Virus record (IMG/VR): IMGVR_UViG_3300037842_001004
Location: 1 to 54,705 of that record
Length of the DNA stretch: 54,705 nucleotides
Reading direction: 5' to 3' (one strand)
From: a virus
Taxonomy: Duplodnaviria > Caudoviricetes
Notes under the pieces: generated by a model
Database searches by the model: none
What the model was told of the DNA's origin: nothing
The model's input: the letters and a program-made list of their open reading frames with translations, nothing else
Made by a program: the position numbers and the translations under genes
Shown: piece after piece, positions 1 to 9,298 of the stretch
How positions within the stretch are numbered: the first letter of the stretch is position 1
How the letters are laid out: each line of letters starts with the position of its first letter

Positions 1-417
1 TCGTCGGCCATCGCCTACGGCGCCCGCTCACACATCCGCAACTCGGCCAGAGCTGACAAGCGGCCCGGCTCCGGTGCCCTGGTCCTGCGCGTCGACGTGG
101 TCGGCGACCTCTACCGGCGCGCCCCAGGCCGACCGGCCGAGCCGTTGCCGGTCGGCTGGGTCCTCCTGGGGGAGACGTGGTCTCCGACGTTGGACGATCC
201 GCGCCCGGCCGGTGATGGAATGGTTTGGGTCAGGGTCCCAGCTCCCGTCTACGAGCGCGGCCGGCTCGCGGACTTCATCTCAGAGGCCATCGAGGACACG
301 GCCGGGCGGGCGAGCGCGGCGGTCGTCTGGCGCGAACACGAGTTCAGTCCGACGGGTTGGCGCTTCGCCGATGAACGCCAACTCGGACGCGGCTTCAGGC
401 GGAGGCGAGGGCGTTGA
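1..417 (+). CDS. hypothetical protein, 5' truncated by the window edge
   Basis: Frame 1 is open from base 1 (SSAIAYGARSH...) to TGA at 415-417, which overlaps the next start (TTGA). Confidence 0.6.
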   Translation, partial: SSAIAYGARSHIRNSARADKRPGSGALVLRVDVVGDLYRRAPGRPAEPLPVGWVLLGETWSPTLDDPRPAGDGMVWVRVPAPVYERGRLADFISEAIEDTAGRASAAVVWREHEFSPTGWRFADERQLGRGFRRRRGR

Positions 418-1220
418 ACTACGAGATGTTGCGGGCGATCCGCAACCACCCCATCGAGCGTGGGCCGAAGGCGGTCCTATGGGCGCTCCTGTCGTTCAGC
501 GACGAGGCGGGCGAGAGCTTTCCGAGCAAGGTCCAACTCGCACGAGCGTCCGGCATCAAGCGGACCGCCGTGACGACCGCGATCGCCACGCTCCAAACCG
601 AGGGACTCATCGTCGTCGACCAGAACCCCGGGGGCAGCTCGACCTACCTCCTGACGGTGCCCGGGGGGCGGCCGGCTACCGTGCAAAGGCGGCCGGCTAC
701 CGAGCAAAGGCGGCCGGTCACCGGCCGCCTCCCCCTCGCAGAAGCCACCCGGCCGGTGACCGGCCGGGTGGCGGCCGGTGGTCGGCCGGGGGGCGGCCGG
801 TCACCGGCCGACATGGAAGAGACCAAAGAAGTAACCAAGGAAGAACTACCCCCAAAGCCCCCCGGACTGGCCTATGCCGACCTGGAGCAGCTCGCGCTGA
901 GTTGCAAGCCACAACGCGGAGGTCGTGGCCCTGGTCTCAGCCTCACCGCCCCCGAGGCTCGGTTACTCCAGAAGTTGATGACCGATCACGGAGCACAGGC
1001 CGTTTCTGACGCCCTGGACCAGTGCGGCGGGATGGCTGCACCCCTGCGGGTTGTAGCCGAGGACCTGACGGGGAAGCGCGGGCAGGGTCGGAGTCGGGGC
1101 CGAGGTGGGCAGACGGCCAACTTCGACACGCCCGAGCAGCGGGGCGAGGGTTGGAACCAGAACACGACGCGGAAGAAGAAGGTCGACGGTTGGAGCCGCG
1201 CGATTGGAGACGGAGCATGA
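414..1220 (+). CDS. phage replication initiator with N-terminal winged HTH (HTH_36-like)
   Basis: N-terminus KAVLWALLSFSDEAGESFPSKVQLARASGIKRTAVTTAIATLQTEGLI fits the replication-protein wHTH pattern. Central repeat tract present. ATGA-coupled to a DnaC-like gene. Confidence 0.8.
   Translation: MNYEMLRAIRNHPIERGPKAVLWALLSFSDEAGESFPSKVQLARASGIKRTAVTTAIATLQTEGLIVVDQNPGGSSTYLLTVPGGRPATVQRRPATEQRRPVTGRLPLAEATRPVTGRVAAGGRPGGGRSPADMEETKEVTKEELPPKPPGLAYADLEQLALSCKPQRGGRGPGLSLTAPEARLLQKLMTDHGAQAVSDALDQCGGMAAPLRVVAEDLTGKRGQGRSRGRGGQTANFDTPEQRGEGWNQNTTRKKKVDGWSRAIGDGA
667..856. repeat. iteron-like repeats and palindromes followed by an A-rich tract; putative replication origin
   Basis: 21-bp direct repeats GGCGGCCGGCTACCG(T/A)GCAAA at 667 and 688. 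Palindromes CGGCCGGTSACCGGCCG near 711, 750 and 794. A-rich tract 811-856. Confidence 0.65.
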
Positions 1221-2134
1221 AGCGAGTAGCGGGAGATCGGGGGTTCCTCGAACAGTTCGAGGATTGGGTCGCGTCGACGAAGAAGGGCCAGCCGGTCACG
1301 GATGCCGCGGCGCTCCAGATCCGCCGCGGCAAGGACGCTCTCTCTGCGAGCGTCAGCCAGTGCCCCCATTGTGCCGATGGTTGGGCCACCTGGGTCGGAG
1401 ACGGGAGTAACCCCGGTGAGGTCGAGGGCTACAGCTATAGCGGCCGGTGCCAGAGTTGCGGCTCGCTGCAGATCCAGGCCGATTTGCTCAACGGCGCCGA
1501 ATTGCCACTTGAGCCGTGGGGGGCGACGTTCGAGACGTTCGAGCTGGATAGGCCGGGCGACGACATCGTCGCCAAACAACGCCGACGCCACGCGTTCGAG
1601 GCTGCAAAGCGGTTCGTTCGAGAAGTCATCGAGGCCGGCGACGACTGGCCCGACGTTAAAGGGGTTGGCTTTGGGGGGATGCCCGGTCGCGGCAAGACCC
1701 ATTTACTCGCCGCGATCGGCTTCCAACTCGCGCTCGAATTGGGCGTGAAGGGCAGGCGGATAGGCGTGCGATACGTCGACTTCGGTGACCTGATGCGCGA
1801 GGCCAAGGGGGCGCTCGACGAGAAGGGCACGTCGACCACCAAGATCATCCAGCGCGCCGCCCAGGTGCCGATCCTCCTGCTCGACGAGCTTGGCACCGGC
1901 CGGGCGACCGACTGGGAGCAAGACGTCGCAGAGGAGATTCTTCGGCACCGGTACAAGTCCAAGCTCCCGATCTGCTTCGCGACCAACTCCCACCTGGGAG
2001 AGGCTGCGAAAGGCGACACGACGGCCCTGGTCGGCCGCATCGGTGCCCAGGCGTACTCCAGGCTCAAGTCGCTCGTGCAACCGCCGGCAACGCTCGTAGG
2101 GGCGGACCAGCGGGACGTGGAGTCACGGAATTAG
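1217..2134 (+). CDS. DnaC/IstB-like AAA+ helicase loader
   Basis: Zn motifs CPHC and CQSC, Walker A GMPGRGKT, Walker B LLLDELG, then RY...PICFATN and YSRL. ATG at 1217 overlaps the initiator stop. Confidence 0.9.
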   Translation: MKRVAGDRGFLEQFEDWVASTKKGQPVTDAAALQIRRGKDALSASVSQCPHCADGWATWVGDGSNPGEVEGYSYSGRCQSCGSLQIQADLLNGAELPLEPWGATFETFELDRPGDDIVAKQRRRHAFEAAKRFVREVIEAGDDWPDVKGVGFGGMPGRGKTHLLAAIGFQLALELGVKGRRIGVRYVDFGDLMREAKGALDEKGTSTTKIIQRAAQVPILLLDELGTGRATDWEQDVAEEILRHRYKSKLPICFATNSHLGEAAKGDTTALVGRIGAQAYSRLKSLVQPPATLVGADQRDVESRN

Positions 2135-2138
2135 AGGG

Positions 2139-2167
2139 TTGACGGCGTAGGCGCGCGCGCCTACGCT
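2139..2167 (+). promoter_or_regulatory. sigma70-like promoter with palindromic operator
   Basis: TTGACG-17nt-TACGCT. Perfect 22-bp palindrome GCGTAGGCGCGCGCGCCTACGC at 2145-2166. Confidence 0.7.
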
Positions 2168-2189
2168 CCATGCACAAGGTAGGGGTGAG

Positions 2190-2426
2190 ATGGACACAGG
2201 TGAAGCGGGCGCCATGGCGGCGCTCCTGAAGGCTAGAGGTGCGGCCGCAACAGCATCCGACGAAGTGACCGTCCGGGTGGTGGTGACGGCGGCCGATGGC
2301 GAGTACGACGTCGAGACCGGCGAGTTGGTGATCCGGCCCGTCGGTGACTCGTTCGAGCGGACCGTGACGATCTGGGGCGCCCTCCCGGCGGTGGCCGATC
2401 ACATTCTCAGGGAGTTGAACGGATGA
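2190..2426 (+). CDS. hypothetical protein
   Basis: Follows the promoter and a G-rich RBS; stop overlaps the next ATG. Confidence 0.65.
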   Translation: MDTGEAGAMAALLKARGAAATASDEVTVRVVVTAADGEYDVETGELVIRPVGDSFERTVTIWGALPAVADHILRELNG

Positions 2427-3037
2427 ACAGCTTCGACAAGCTGCGCGAAGAGGCCAACCTCCGGGCAGGCGGCGGCCCGCTTGCGACGCGGGACGCGAGC
2501 CGGGCCAACCGCGGGAAGGGCCTGGAGGACGCGCTCGAAGCGATGCACGACATCTACGCCGCCCAGGGGCGCGCCGTCGTCAAAAAGCAGTTCCCAAAGG
2601 TCATCAAGCGCGGCCGCGGAGCTGGCGCGAAGGCGGGGCAGGCGCTGCACGCGGCCTCTCCCCTGGCGGTCGACTTCATGGGCGCGCTTGAGGGTGGCCG
2701 TGCCGTCGCCGTCGAGGCGAAGGAGTGCTCGGACGGCCGGATGAAGATCGGCCGCGTGACGGACGGTCAACGCGACTTCATGCGCGAGTGGATGGGCGCC
2801 GGCTTCCTGGTCGTGTCGCTCCTGGTGCCCGAGGGGCGCGGACACAAGCGCCGCGTCTACGCCGTCACCTTCGCCCGCTATTTGGCGGCGTGGGATGCCC
2901 GGGTCCCGGCTCCCGGGAGGCGCCGTCCGCCCGGCCGTGGTTCGTTCGGGCCAGCGTGGTTCCAGGCGAATCGGACGTGTCATTGCCCGCCGGGCGGCCT
3001 GGACGGCGTCGACTGGCTCTCGGCGGTGGCCGCATGA
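2423..3037 (+). CDS. RecU-like Holliday junction resolvase (PD-(D/E)xK)
   Basis: ANRGKGLEDALE...VDFMGALEGGRAVAVEAKE matches RecU motifs NRGxxxE, DY/F and (F/V)EAK. Confidence 0.85.
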   Translation: MNSFDKLREEANLRAGGGPLATRDASRANRGKGLEDALEAMHDIYAAQGRAVVKKQFPKVIKRGRGAGAKAGQALHAASPLAVDFMGALEGGRAVAVEAKECSDGRMKIGRVTDGQRDFMREWMGAGFLVVSLLVPEGRGHKRRVYAVTFARYLAAWDARVPAPGRRRPPGRGSFGPAWFQANRTCHCPPGGLDGVDWLSAVAA

Positions 3038-3285
3038 TCGCGGTCTACGTCCGAGAGCGCCGGCCCAACCCGTCGCCCTGGTACCTCTGTCTGAGCGCGG
3101 CGGATGTCCGCACGTTCCTCGCGACGCGCGGGTGGTCCGACCCGCCCGAGCGCATCGGGACGAGGGTGTTCGAGGCCGTCCAGACTCAGTGCCGCCGCTT
3201 CGCCTATCCCGAGGACCGCACGCTCGCCTTCGAGGCGAAGCCGTCGGGCACGGCCGCGTGGTGGCAGGAAAACCGCGATGCGTGA
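3034..3285 (+). CDS. hypothetical protein
   Basis: ATGA-coupled ORF MIAVYVRERRP... Confidence 0.6.
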   Translation: MIAVYVRERRPNPSPWYLCLSAADVRTFLATRGWSDPPERIGTRVFEAVQTQCRRFAYPEDRTLAFEAKPSGTAAWWQENRDA

Positions 3286-4090
3286 GGCCCCGACACAGCC
3301 GATGCCCGAGGCGGAGGCGGAGGCGGACCGGTTCCGGTGCCTGCCGTACGGGTGCGAGATGTCCGGTCACGCGTGCGCCGACCGCCACACCCAGGCGAAC
3401 GCTGACCGGTCCGCGTGGACCGGCGGCCAGAAGACGCGAGCCGGCATGGTCAACGTGACCGTCGCCAACTGCGTCGGGTGTGCGGCGGGCGGGCAACGTG
3501 CGGCCGCCCTGGTGAAGGTCGAGCGCACGGCGCACCCCTGGTGCCTGAATTGCGAGCGCGGCCCGCGCCAGCCGAAAGCTGCGCCGGAGCTGCGCGACTA
3601 CTGCAAGCAATGTTGCAACAACGCGCGCAACAAGTTGAAGCGGCGCGGCGTCGAGGTCTCGGCCGCGGCCATCCGCGGCGTCTTCGACGGGGACCTGGAT
3701 CCGACACCGCCGGCCGAGTTCTGCGCCCGCTGTGGACGCAATGAGGGCCTGCGGCCTGGGAGGTACCGCCAGGAGCTGCGCGACCTCTGCGACCCGTGCA
3801 TCGACAACGCCCGAGTTTCCATCGGCAAGACGCGCCGACAGGGGCACTCGGAACCAGCTACGGCCGCGGAGATTCTCGCGTGGCTGGCGGAACGCCCGAA
3901 GGAGGACACCGTGCCCGCACCGGACATCGACGACGACGAGCTAGACCTGAGCGACACGTCGATCGGCCTCAACATCGAGAACGCCGGCCGCCGGATCGCC
4001 AAGGTCGACGAGCAGATCGCGCGACTGCAAAACGAGCGGGCCGATTTGCTATCGCTTCTCGCGGCCAACCTCGCGGAGTGGACGGCGTGA
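3278..4090 (+). CDS. Cys-rich (multi zinc-finger) protein with C-terminal coiled coil
   Basis: Several CxxC pairs (CVGC, CLNC, CKQC, CARC, CDPC) and a heptad tail. Confidence 0.65.
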   Translation: MREAPTQPMPEAEAEADRFRCLPYGCEMSGHACADRHTQANADRSAWTGGQKTRAGMVNVTVANCVGCAAGGQRAAALVKVERTAHPWCLNCERGPRQPKAAPELRDYCKQCCNNARNKLKRRGVEVSAAAIRGVFDGDLDPTPPAEFCARCGRNEGLRPGRYRQELRDLCDPCIDNARVSIGKTRRQGHSEPATAAEILAWLAERPKEDTVPAPDIDDDELDLSDTSIGLNIENAGRRIAKVDEQIARLQNERADLLSLLAANLAEWTA

Positions 4091-4542
4091 GCGGCCTGTC
4101 AGCTTCAGAGTGGGAACGGCGTTGGGCCGCGTACCGCCTCTACCAGGAGGCGCAGGCGGTACGCGACGAGGAGGCGGCGGTCCGGCGCAAGGCCGCGACG
4201 GCCCGCCGCGAGGCCGTCAACGCGGTGCGCCGGGAGGCCGTGAAGGAGAGGGGGCGCCGGCAAGATAAAGCCCAACGCCGGGACGATGCCCTACGCGCCG
4301 GGCTCGCGCTGTTGACGGGTCGGCACCGACGCCGAGCCGAGGCGGTCTTCCGGGCCGTCGAGGCCGAGCGCGAGCTTGAGGCGGACCGGCACGACGATCG
4401 AAGCATGGACGACCGGGGCCTGCCCGCCGGAGTCCTCGCCTTGGACCGGCAGACGCTCAAGGCCCGTCGCGACCTTGAGACCGAGTTCCGCCGCGCGCAC
4501 GACCCTGCTCGCGGCGTCTGGTACGCGGGGTGCGGACCGTGA
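4087..4542 (+). CDS. hypothetical helical protein
   Basis: GTGA-coupled at both ends. Confidence 0.55.
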   Translation: MSGLSASEWERRWAAYRLYQEAQAVRDEEAAVRRKAATARREAVNAVRREAVKERGRRQDKAQRRDDALRAGLALLTGRHRRRAEAVFRAVEAERELEADRHDDRSMDDRGLPAGVLALDRQTLKARRDLETEFRRAHDPARGVWYAGCGP

Positions 4543-4901
4543 GCTACCGCGTTCCCAACGAGGTCGAGCGCGGTGTGCCGGGCGCGGCCGAACTCGCCCG
4601 GTCGCGCGCGGAGCTTGCCGCGGTGTGGTCCACCGTCGCGGATTCAATCCGCGAGATGGAGAGGGCCGAAGCCGCGCGGGAGAAGGCGCGATTCGAGGCG
4701 ATGATTGAGAAGGGCCGTGCGACCGTGGCCGCACGCTTGGCGAAGGCGGCCCAGGAGCGCCACGACCGCGGCTACCTGGACACCCACCGCGTCACCCCAA
4801 CCGCCGGCCTCGACGAGGCGTTCGCGGAGCACGACCGTGCCGACGCGACGCCGTTGTGGCTGTCGGCGGTCGGTGACCTCGACCTGGAGTGGGTCTCGTG
4901 A
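4539..4901 (+). CDS. hypothetical protein
   Basis: GTGA-coupled at both ends. Confidence 0.55.
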   Translation: MSYRVPNEVERGVPGAAELARSRAELAAVWSTVADSIREMERAEAAREKARFEAMIEKGRATVAARLAKAAQERHDRGYLDTHRVTPTAGLDEAFAEHDRADATPLWLSAVGDLDLEWVS

Positions 4902-5341
4902 TCCCGCTGACCGCCGGCATAGCGAAGTTCGCGGGCGTCTGGGTGACGGCCCTCGTGCTCTGCGCGGAGACGTCCGGCCTGGAGACGGAGACGCGAGCGG
5001 TCGGGCAGGTCGTGCTCAACCGGGTCGCGCACCGCAGCTACCCCGACACGATCGTCGGGGTCGTCCTGCAGCGCCGGCAATTCGCGACGCCGGGCCAGTG
5101 CGGCCGCGGCTGGATCCGGGCGGCTCACGTCCGAACGGCGGAGAGAATGCACGCGCGCCCAGAGCGACGGCTCCCGAGTTGGCGGTTCGTCACGCGCGAC
5201 GTGCTCGGGTTTATGACGCCGGCGGCGTGGGCGCGCCACGGCCGCAAGTGGAGGCGCCGCGGCTGGGAAGTCGCCGGCGTATCGAAGATGCCAGACAGGC
5301 GCAGGGCGCATGTGTTCCTGCGGGAAGTGAGGAAGAAGTGA
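4898..5341 (+). CDS. SleB/CwlJ-like cell wall hydrolase (Hydrolase_2)
   Basis: LVLCAE...AVGQVVLNRV...YPDTIVGVVLQRRQF is the SleB signature. Hydrophobic N-terminus. Confidence 0.85.
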   Translation: MIPLTAGIAKFAGVWVTALVLCAETSGLETETRAVGQVVLNRVAHRSYPDTIVGVVLQRRQFATPGQCGRGWIRAAHVRTAERMHARPERRLPSWRFVTRDVLGFMTPAAWARHGRKWRRRGWEVAGVSKMPDRRRAHVFLREVRKK

Positions 5342-5745
5342 GCGAGAGCCACGAGAAGTTGAGGGTCGTACTCCGAATGGCCGGGCAAATGGCCGGGGGG
5401 CACGACGACGCGGGCGACGGCGTAGGGGTGGCGTGCGGGCTCCTGCGTGCGGTCATCGCAGAGTGGGACGCGCAACAGGCGACGGACGCCGACCACCACT
5501 GGGAGTCGCCGACCTCGACACGCAGGACCCGACGGGCCGAGGCCGCGGGCTCGCGGAGGGCGGAACGGCTGCGGGCGATGAGGACCGCGCTGGACCGGGC
5601 GGGGTATGCGCTCGACGCCTCCCGCCAGTACACGCCGCCGGGCAGGAAGGCGGGGGTACGGAGCATGCCGTGGGCCATCGAGGCGCTCGACAGCCTGCGC
5701 GAAGCCGTCGAGGCCCTGTCGCACGAAGTGATGGTCCGACCATGA
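5338..5745 (+). CDS. hypothetical protein
   Basis: GTGA/ATGA-coupled ORF VSESHEKLRVV... Confidence 0.55.
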   Translation: MSESHEKLRVVLRMAGQMAGGHDDAGDGVGVACGLLRAVIAEWDAQQATDADHHWESPTSTRRTRRAEAAGSRRAERLRAMRTALDRAGYALDASRQYTPPGRKAGVRSMPWAIEALDSLREAVEALSHEVMVRP

Positions 5746-6470
5746 GCGTCCAGGTCGGCCGGATCTACCGGCACAAGTCGAGCGGGCGCCTGTGCGCCGT
5801 ACGAGGGGCGTCGGAGTTCGGCGTCCATCTCCGCAACGTGTTGACGGGTGTCAACTCGTCCCCGCGTTGGGGGACGTTCCAAGACAGCTACGAACTGGTC
5901 CCCGAGGTGGAGCCTGTGCAGGAAGAGATGTTTGCCGCTCCAGTGGTCGCCGCGCCGACCCCAACGGAGCCAGAGGCCCAGCCGCCCGGGTTCTTCCTGG
6001 TGCTCGGAGGCATCGCAGATCGAGGGACGATCGCTGACGCCCGGGACGTCCTGAACAACGAGATGCTCACCGGCACCTCGTGCCCCTGCTGCGAGCAGAG
6101 GGTGATGCTGTACCGGCGCCGGATCCCGTTGGTAGCGGTCCGGTTCGTGGTCTGGTTGCTGAAGTCTCACGACACCGGCGTTGAGTGGGCCAACGTGAGG
6201 GACTGCCCGGTCCGAGGCGGCGACTACGGCAAGATCAAGCACTGGGGACTCACCGAGTTGAAGCCGAACGACGACGACCCGAAGAAGCGGACGTCCGGCC
6301 TGTGGCGGCTCACGGAGCGAGGCCGAAGGTTCGCGGAGAACGCGGTCGAGCTTCCGACCCACCGCTACGTCTACAACGACCGTTGTTACGGAAGCAGCGA
6401 GACCACCACCAACATCACCGACGCGCTGAAGACGGGCGGATTCGACTACCAGGAACTGATGGATGCCTGA
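5742..6470 (+). CDS. phage protein with CPCC motif and wHTH-like C-terminus
   Basis: CPCC...GGDYGKIKHWGL...SGLWRLTERGRRF; coupled start. Confidence 0.65.
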   Translation: MSVQVGRIYRHKSSGRLCAVRGASEFGVHLRNVLTGVNSSPRWGTFQDSYELVPEVEPVQEEMFAAPVVAAPTPTEPEAQPPGFFLVLGGIADRGTIADARDVLNNEMLTGTSCPCCEQRVMLYRRRIPLVAVRFVVWLLKSHDTGVEWANVRDCPVRGGDYGKIKHWGLTELKPNDDDPKKRTSGLWRLTERGRRFAENAVELPTHRYVYNDRCYGSSETTTNITDALKTGGFDYQELMDA

Positions 6471-7224
6471 CGACGGGCACGCGTCCTACAACCTCACAGG
6501 GGGGAGCAACGGGTGGGGGACGCCGCGCGTGCTCCTGCGCGAGGTGTTGGCCGCCCTCGGCCACCGGCCGGGCCACGGCTTCGCCCTGGTCGACCTGGAC
6601 CTCGCCGCCGCGAGCAACACGACGGTGGGCAAGTCCTGGTACGGCCTCGACCACCCCGATCCGGCACGGCGAGACGCGCTCACTTCGAGCTGGCGACACC
6701 CAGGCGTGCGATACCTGAACATGCCCTACGGCCGCATGTGCCGCACCTGCCCGGACAGCGTGTGGAAGGGCAAGCGCGAACGCGAGCGGCTCGGCCTGAC
6801 CCTGGCGCAGCTCTGCCCGACGCTCCGGCACGAGAGCGTCGATATGGGCGACTGGATGGGGCTCTGCACGATGGCGGGCGCAGATCCGGCGTCTGGCCCC
6901 CTGGTGGCGTTCCCCGCAGCGCGCACGTCCGAGAAGTGGTTCCAGTCGACCCTGTTCGGCTCGGAGCGCAACTCGGATGGTCGGAGGATCTTCGAGCCGG
7001 ACCGCGCGGGACCGGCGCGAGCGGTCTACGTCGACGGCCGCGTCCGCTTCCTCGACCCTGAGACGCTCGTCCAGGCCCCCGGGGGAAGCCCGGTAGGCAA
7101 CGTGTTTCTGGAGTGGCTCCCGCCGGCGTCTGAGACGGGCCGTTGGGTCCTCCAGACCGGCACCATCCGCAACGACGGCTCGGGCGCCAACGTGCCCGCG
7201 CCAGTCTGGAGAGAAGACCGATGA
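6463..7224 (+). CDS. phage-type DNA N6-adenine methyltransferase (Dam-like)
   Basis: WGTP...DLAA...DAL...W...YLNMPYG (NPPY variant)...PAARTSEKWFQ...GRVRF. Confidence 0.8.
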   Translation: MPDDGHASYNLTGGSNGWGTPRVLLREVLAALGHRPGHGFALVDLDLAAASNTTVGKSWYGLDHPDPARRDALTSSWRHPGVRYLNMPYGRMCRTCPDSVWKGKRERERLGLTLAQLCPTLRHESVDMGDWMGLCTMAGADPASGPLVAFPAARTSEKWFQSTLFGSERNSDGRRIFEPDRAGPARAVYVDGRVRFLDPETLVQAPGGSPVGNVFLEWLPPASETGRWVLQTGTIRNDGSGANVPAPVWREDR

Positions 7225-7721
7225 CCGAGCTTGAGCTAGACACGACGCAAGCCGCTGTGAGGGTGGCGATCGCCATCATCAAGAGCGTCGAGCCGCTGCT
7301 TGCGCAACTCGACCGCGAGGTGGGCCGACACGACGCCCTCGGGCCGGTACTCGACCCGACCGGATGGCGGAGGAAACAGGACGACGTCCGGCGCCTGAAG
7401 GATGTGCAATACGCGCTTCGCCCTGTGCGTAGGCTGATGGCCGACTGGCCGGAGTTCGAGGTCGAGGTCGACCCGGCGATGGCGATGCTCGCAGCGAGCC
7501 AGGAGTGCGCCGCCGTCGCGATGAACTTCGCCCAGGTGCAGGCCGAGGCCGGCGACATGGATCGGGTCGGACGGGGCGAGCCGGCCGCGAAGCCGGGCGA
7601 CGCCGGTTGCGCCCGTTGTGGACTCCCTCGCCGGGACCTCTCCGATCCGGTGTGCCTTTCGTGCGGGATGGACGGCTACGGCGGGCCAGGGTCGGGGCCG
7701 GGCGGCAGGATGCCCGGTTGA
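7221..7721 (+). CDS. hypothetical protein with C-terminal Zn ribbon
   Basis: ATGA-coupled; CARC...CLSC. Confidence 0.6.
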   Translation: MTELELDTTQAAVRVAIAIIKSVEPLLAQLDREVGRHDALGPVLDPTGWRRKQDDVRRLKDVQYALRPVRRLMADWPEFEVEVDPAMAMLAASQECAAVAMNFAQVQAEAGDMDRVGRGEPAAKPGDAGCARCGLPRRDLSDPVCLSCGMDGYGGPGSGPGGRMPG

Positions 7722-8170
7722 GCCGTCGACCCCCCCCGACCGTGGTCAACGCGGTGATCCTGCTCGCCGCGGACGCGCACAACGTCAGCTACAACGCGTT
7801 GTTGGCCCGAGCCCGGCCGCACAGGGTCTCGATGGCCCGCGCGCTGGTCTGGATGCTGTTGCGCAAGCACTACGGGACGAGTTGGCCGGAGCTGGCGAGG
7901 ATCCTCCGCCGGTCGGACCACACGTCACCGTTGCGCGCGGTCGCGAAGGAGTTGTTGCGGCAGGCCAAAGACCCCGAGAGGGCCGCCCTGGCCGCCTCCA
8001 TCTGGACGCGGGCCTACGCCCCGGAATCGGCGGAGAGGTCGCTCAGGGAGCGCACGTTGGCCGCCCTGGCGCCGCTCGGAGCGGTCAGCGGCGTGACGCT
8101 CCGGCCGGTCGGGGCGACAAGGGTGCATGTGAGTTTCACAATGGAGCTGCCAGAGGCGGCGGAGGTCTGA
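7718..8170 (+). CDS. DnaA C-terminal (domain IV)-like HTH DNA-binding protein
   Basis: LLARARPHRVSMARALVWMLLRKHYGTSWPELARILRRSDHTSPLRAV parallels Bac_DnaA_C (R..AMYL...SLP.IG..F..RDHTTV..A). Confidence 0.8.
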   Translation: MSRRPPPTVVNAVILLAADAHNVSYNALLARARPHRVSMARALVWMLLRKHYGTSWPELARILRRSDHTSPLRAVAKELLRQAKDPERAALAASIWTRAYAPESAERSLRERTLAALAPLGAVSGVTLRPVGATRVHVSFTMELPEAAEV

Positions 8171-8172
8171 GC

Positions 8173-8451
8173 GTGGCGAAGTGCGACATCCTGGTTGAGT
8201 TGGCGATGGAGGGGCCGGGTGACATCCCGATGGAGGTCACGATCCGCATCACGGACACCGGGGAAGCCACGCGCGTCCACGGCCCGCCCGACTCCTGGGA
8301 TCCGGGCGAGGAACCCGCATGGGAGTTCGTGAGCATCGAGGACGCCGACACAGGTGACGATCTACTCACCGGCGCGGACGAGGACTGGTTGGAGTCGCTC
8401 CGGGCGCCGGACGGCCGCCTCGACACGGAGGTCATCGAGGCGCTGGAGTGA
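8173..8451 (+). CDS. acidic hypothetical protein
   Basis: GGAGG RBS before GTG; contains GPPDSWDPGE, a motif seen in small phage proteins. Confidence 0.6.
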   Translation: MAKCDILVELAMEGPGDIPMEVTIRITDTGEATRVHGPPDSWDPGEEPAWEFVSIEDADTGDDLLTGADEDWLESLRAPDGRLDTEVIEALE

Positions 8452-8861
8452 GCCGACGGAAGAAGAAGTCGGAGCCGACTCATGGGGGGGATGTTCACCT
8501 GCACCGCATCGAGCGCGTGGAGGAGTGGCGACACCGGGCGGCTACTGAGCCCATCTCCGCGCGTGTATGGTGGTCGGGCGAAGCGCCTGGAGATCGTGTG
8601 GATGGTTCGTTCGACCTACAGCTCGCAAGGGACATCGGCGGGCCGCTGGTGGGGGCGTTGTTGTTGTGGGTGTGGAGCCGAGTTCGTGGCCTCGTGAAGC
8701 GGCTCAAGCTCGTGATGGATGACTCGGCCAGCGCCGCGGCGGTCGACAAGGCACTCAGCAAAATAGATGAGCGGGTCGCAGCGTTGGAGGCCCGGGATGG
8801 TCCGGTCGGCCCCGCCGCTACGCCAATGGGCACCACGAAGCAAGCCGAGGGGGACCCATGA
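8448..8861 (+). CDS. membrane protein (single TM plus coiled coil)
   Basis: IGGPLVGALLLWVWS hydrophobic segment; coupled ends. Confidence 0.55.
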   Translation: MSRRKKKSEPTHGGDVHLHRIERVEEWRHRAATEPISARVWWSGEAPGDRVDGSFDLQLARDIGGPLVGALLLWVWSRVRGLVKRLKLVMDDSASAAAVDKALSKIDERVAALEARDGPVGPAATPMGTTKQAEGDP

Positions 8862-9298
8862 AGCGACCAGTTCACGTTCTGGTAGTCGAGGATGACGCAA
8901 CAGGGGTGCTCCGCCGGATCATCGAGAAGTGCGACGTGCCCTCCGAGGTCACCACGGTATCGAGCGCGGAGGAGGGGATCGTCCTGCTTCCGACCGTTGA
9001 CGCGGTAGTGACCGACCATCGCCTCGCGGGCGTCATGACGGGCGACCAACTCCGCGCAGCCGCCGAGGCTCGACAGGTCCCCGTCCTCCTCGTGTCGAGT
9101 TGCGATGTGCTCAGTCACACCGGGGCTTCGGTGGTCGTGTCGAAGGACCGGAGGTTGCGCCCGGCCATCCGTGAGTTCATGCGCCAATTCCAGGGGTTGC
9201 GCCGGTTCAGGGTGCGCGTCCGGCGCGCGCTGAACACCAAGGTCAGCGCCGCGGGAAGCGCGATCCTGATGACCGCGATCCTGACACTCGTCATGTAG
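8858..9298 (+). CDS. response-regulator receiver domain protein with C-terminal hydrophobic tail
   Basis: VLVVEDD...DAVVTD(phosphoacceptor)...MTG...VPVLLVSS...VSK. Confidence 0.8.
   Translation: MKRPVHVLVVEDDATGVLRRIIEKCDVPSEVTTVSSAEEGIVLLPTVDAVVTDHRLAGVMTGDQLRAAAEARQVPVLLVSSCDVLSHTGASVVVSKDRRLRPAIREFMRQFQGLRRFRVRVRRALNTKVSAAGSAILMTAILTLVM

Noticed and set aside
667-810. CRISPR array
   Set aside because: Repeats are adjacent, without unique spacers of regular length, lie inside a CDS, and no cas genes are present.
74-1009. 311-aa ORF overlapping the initiator
   Set aside because: Arg/Pro/Gly-rich off-frame translation; the frames ending at 417 and 1220 have coupled junctions and real motifs.
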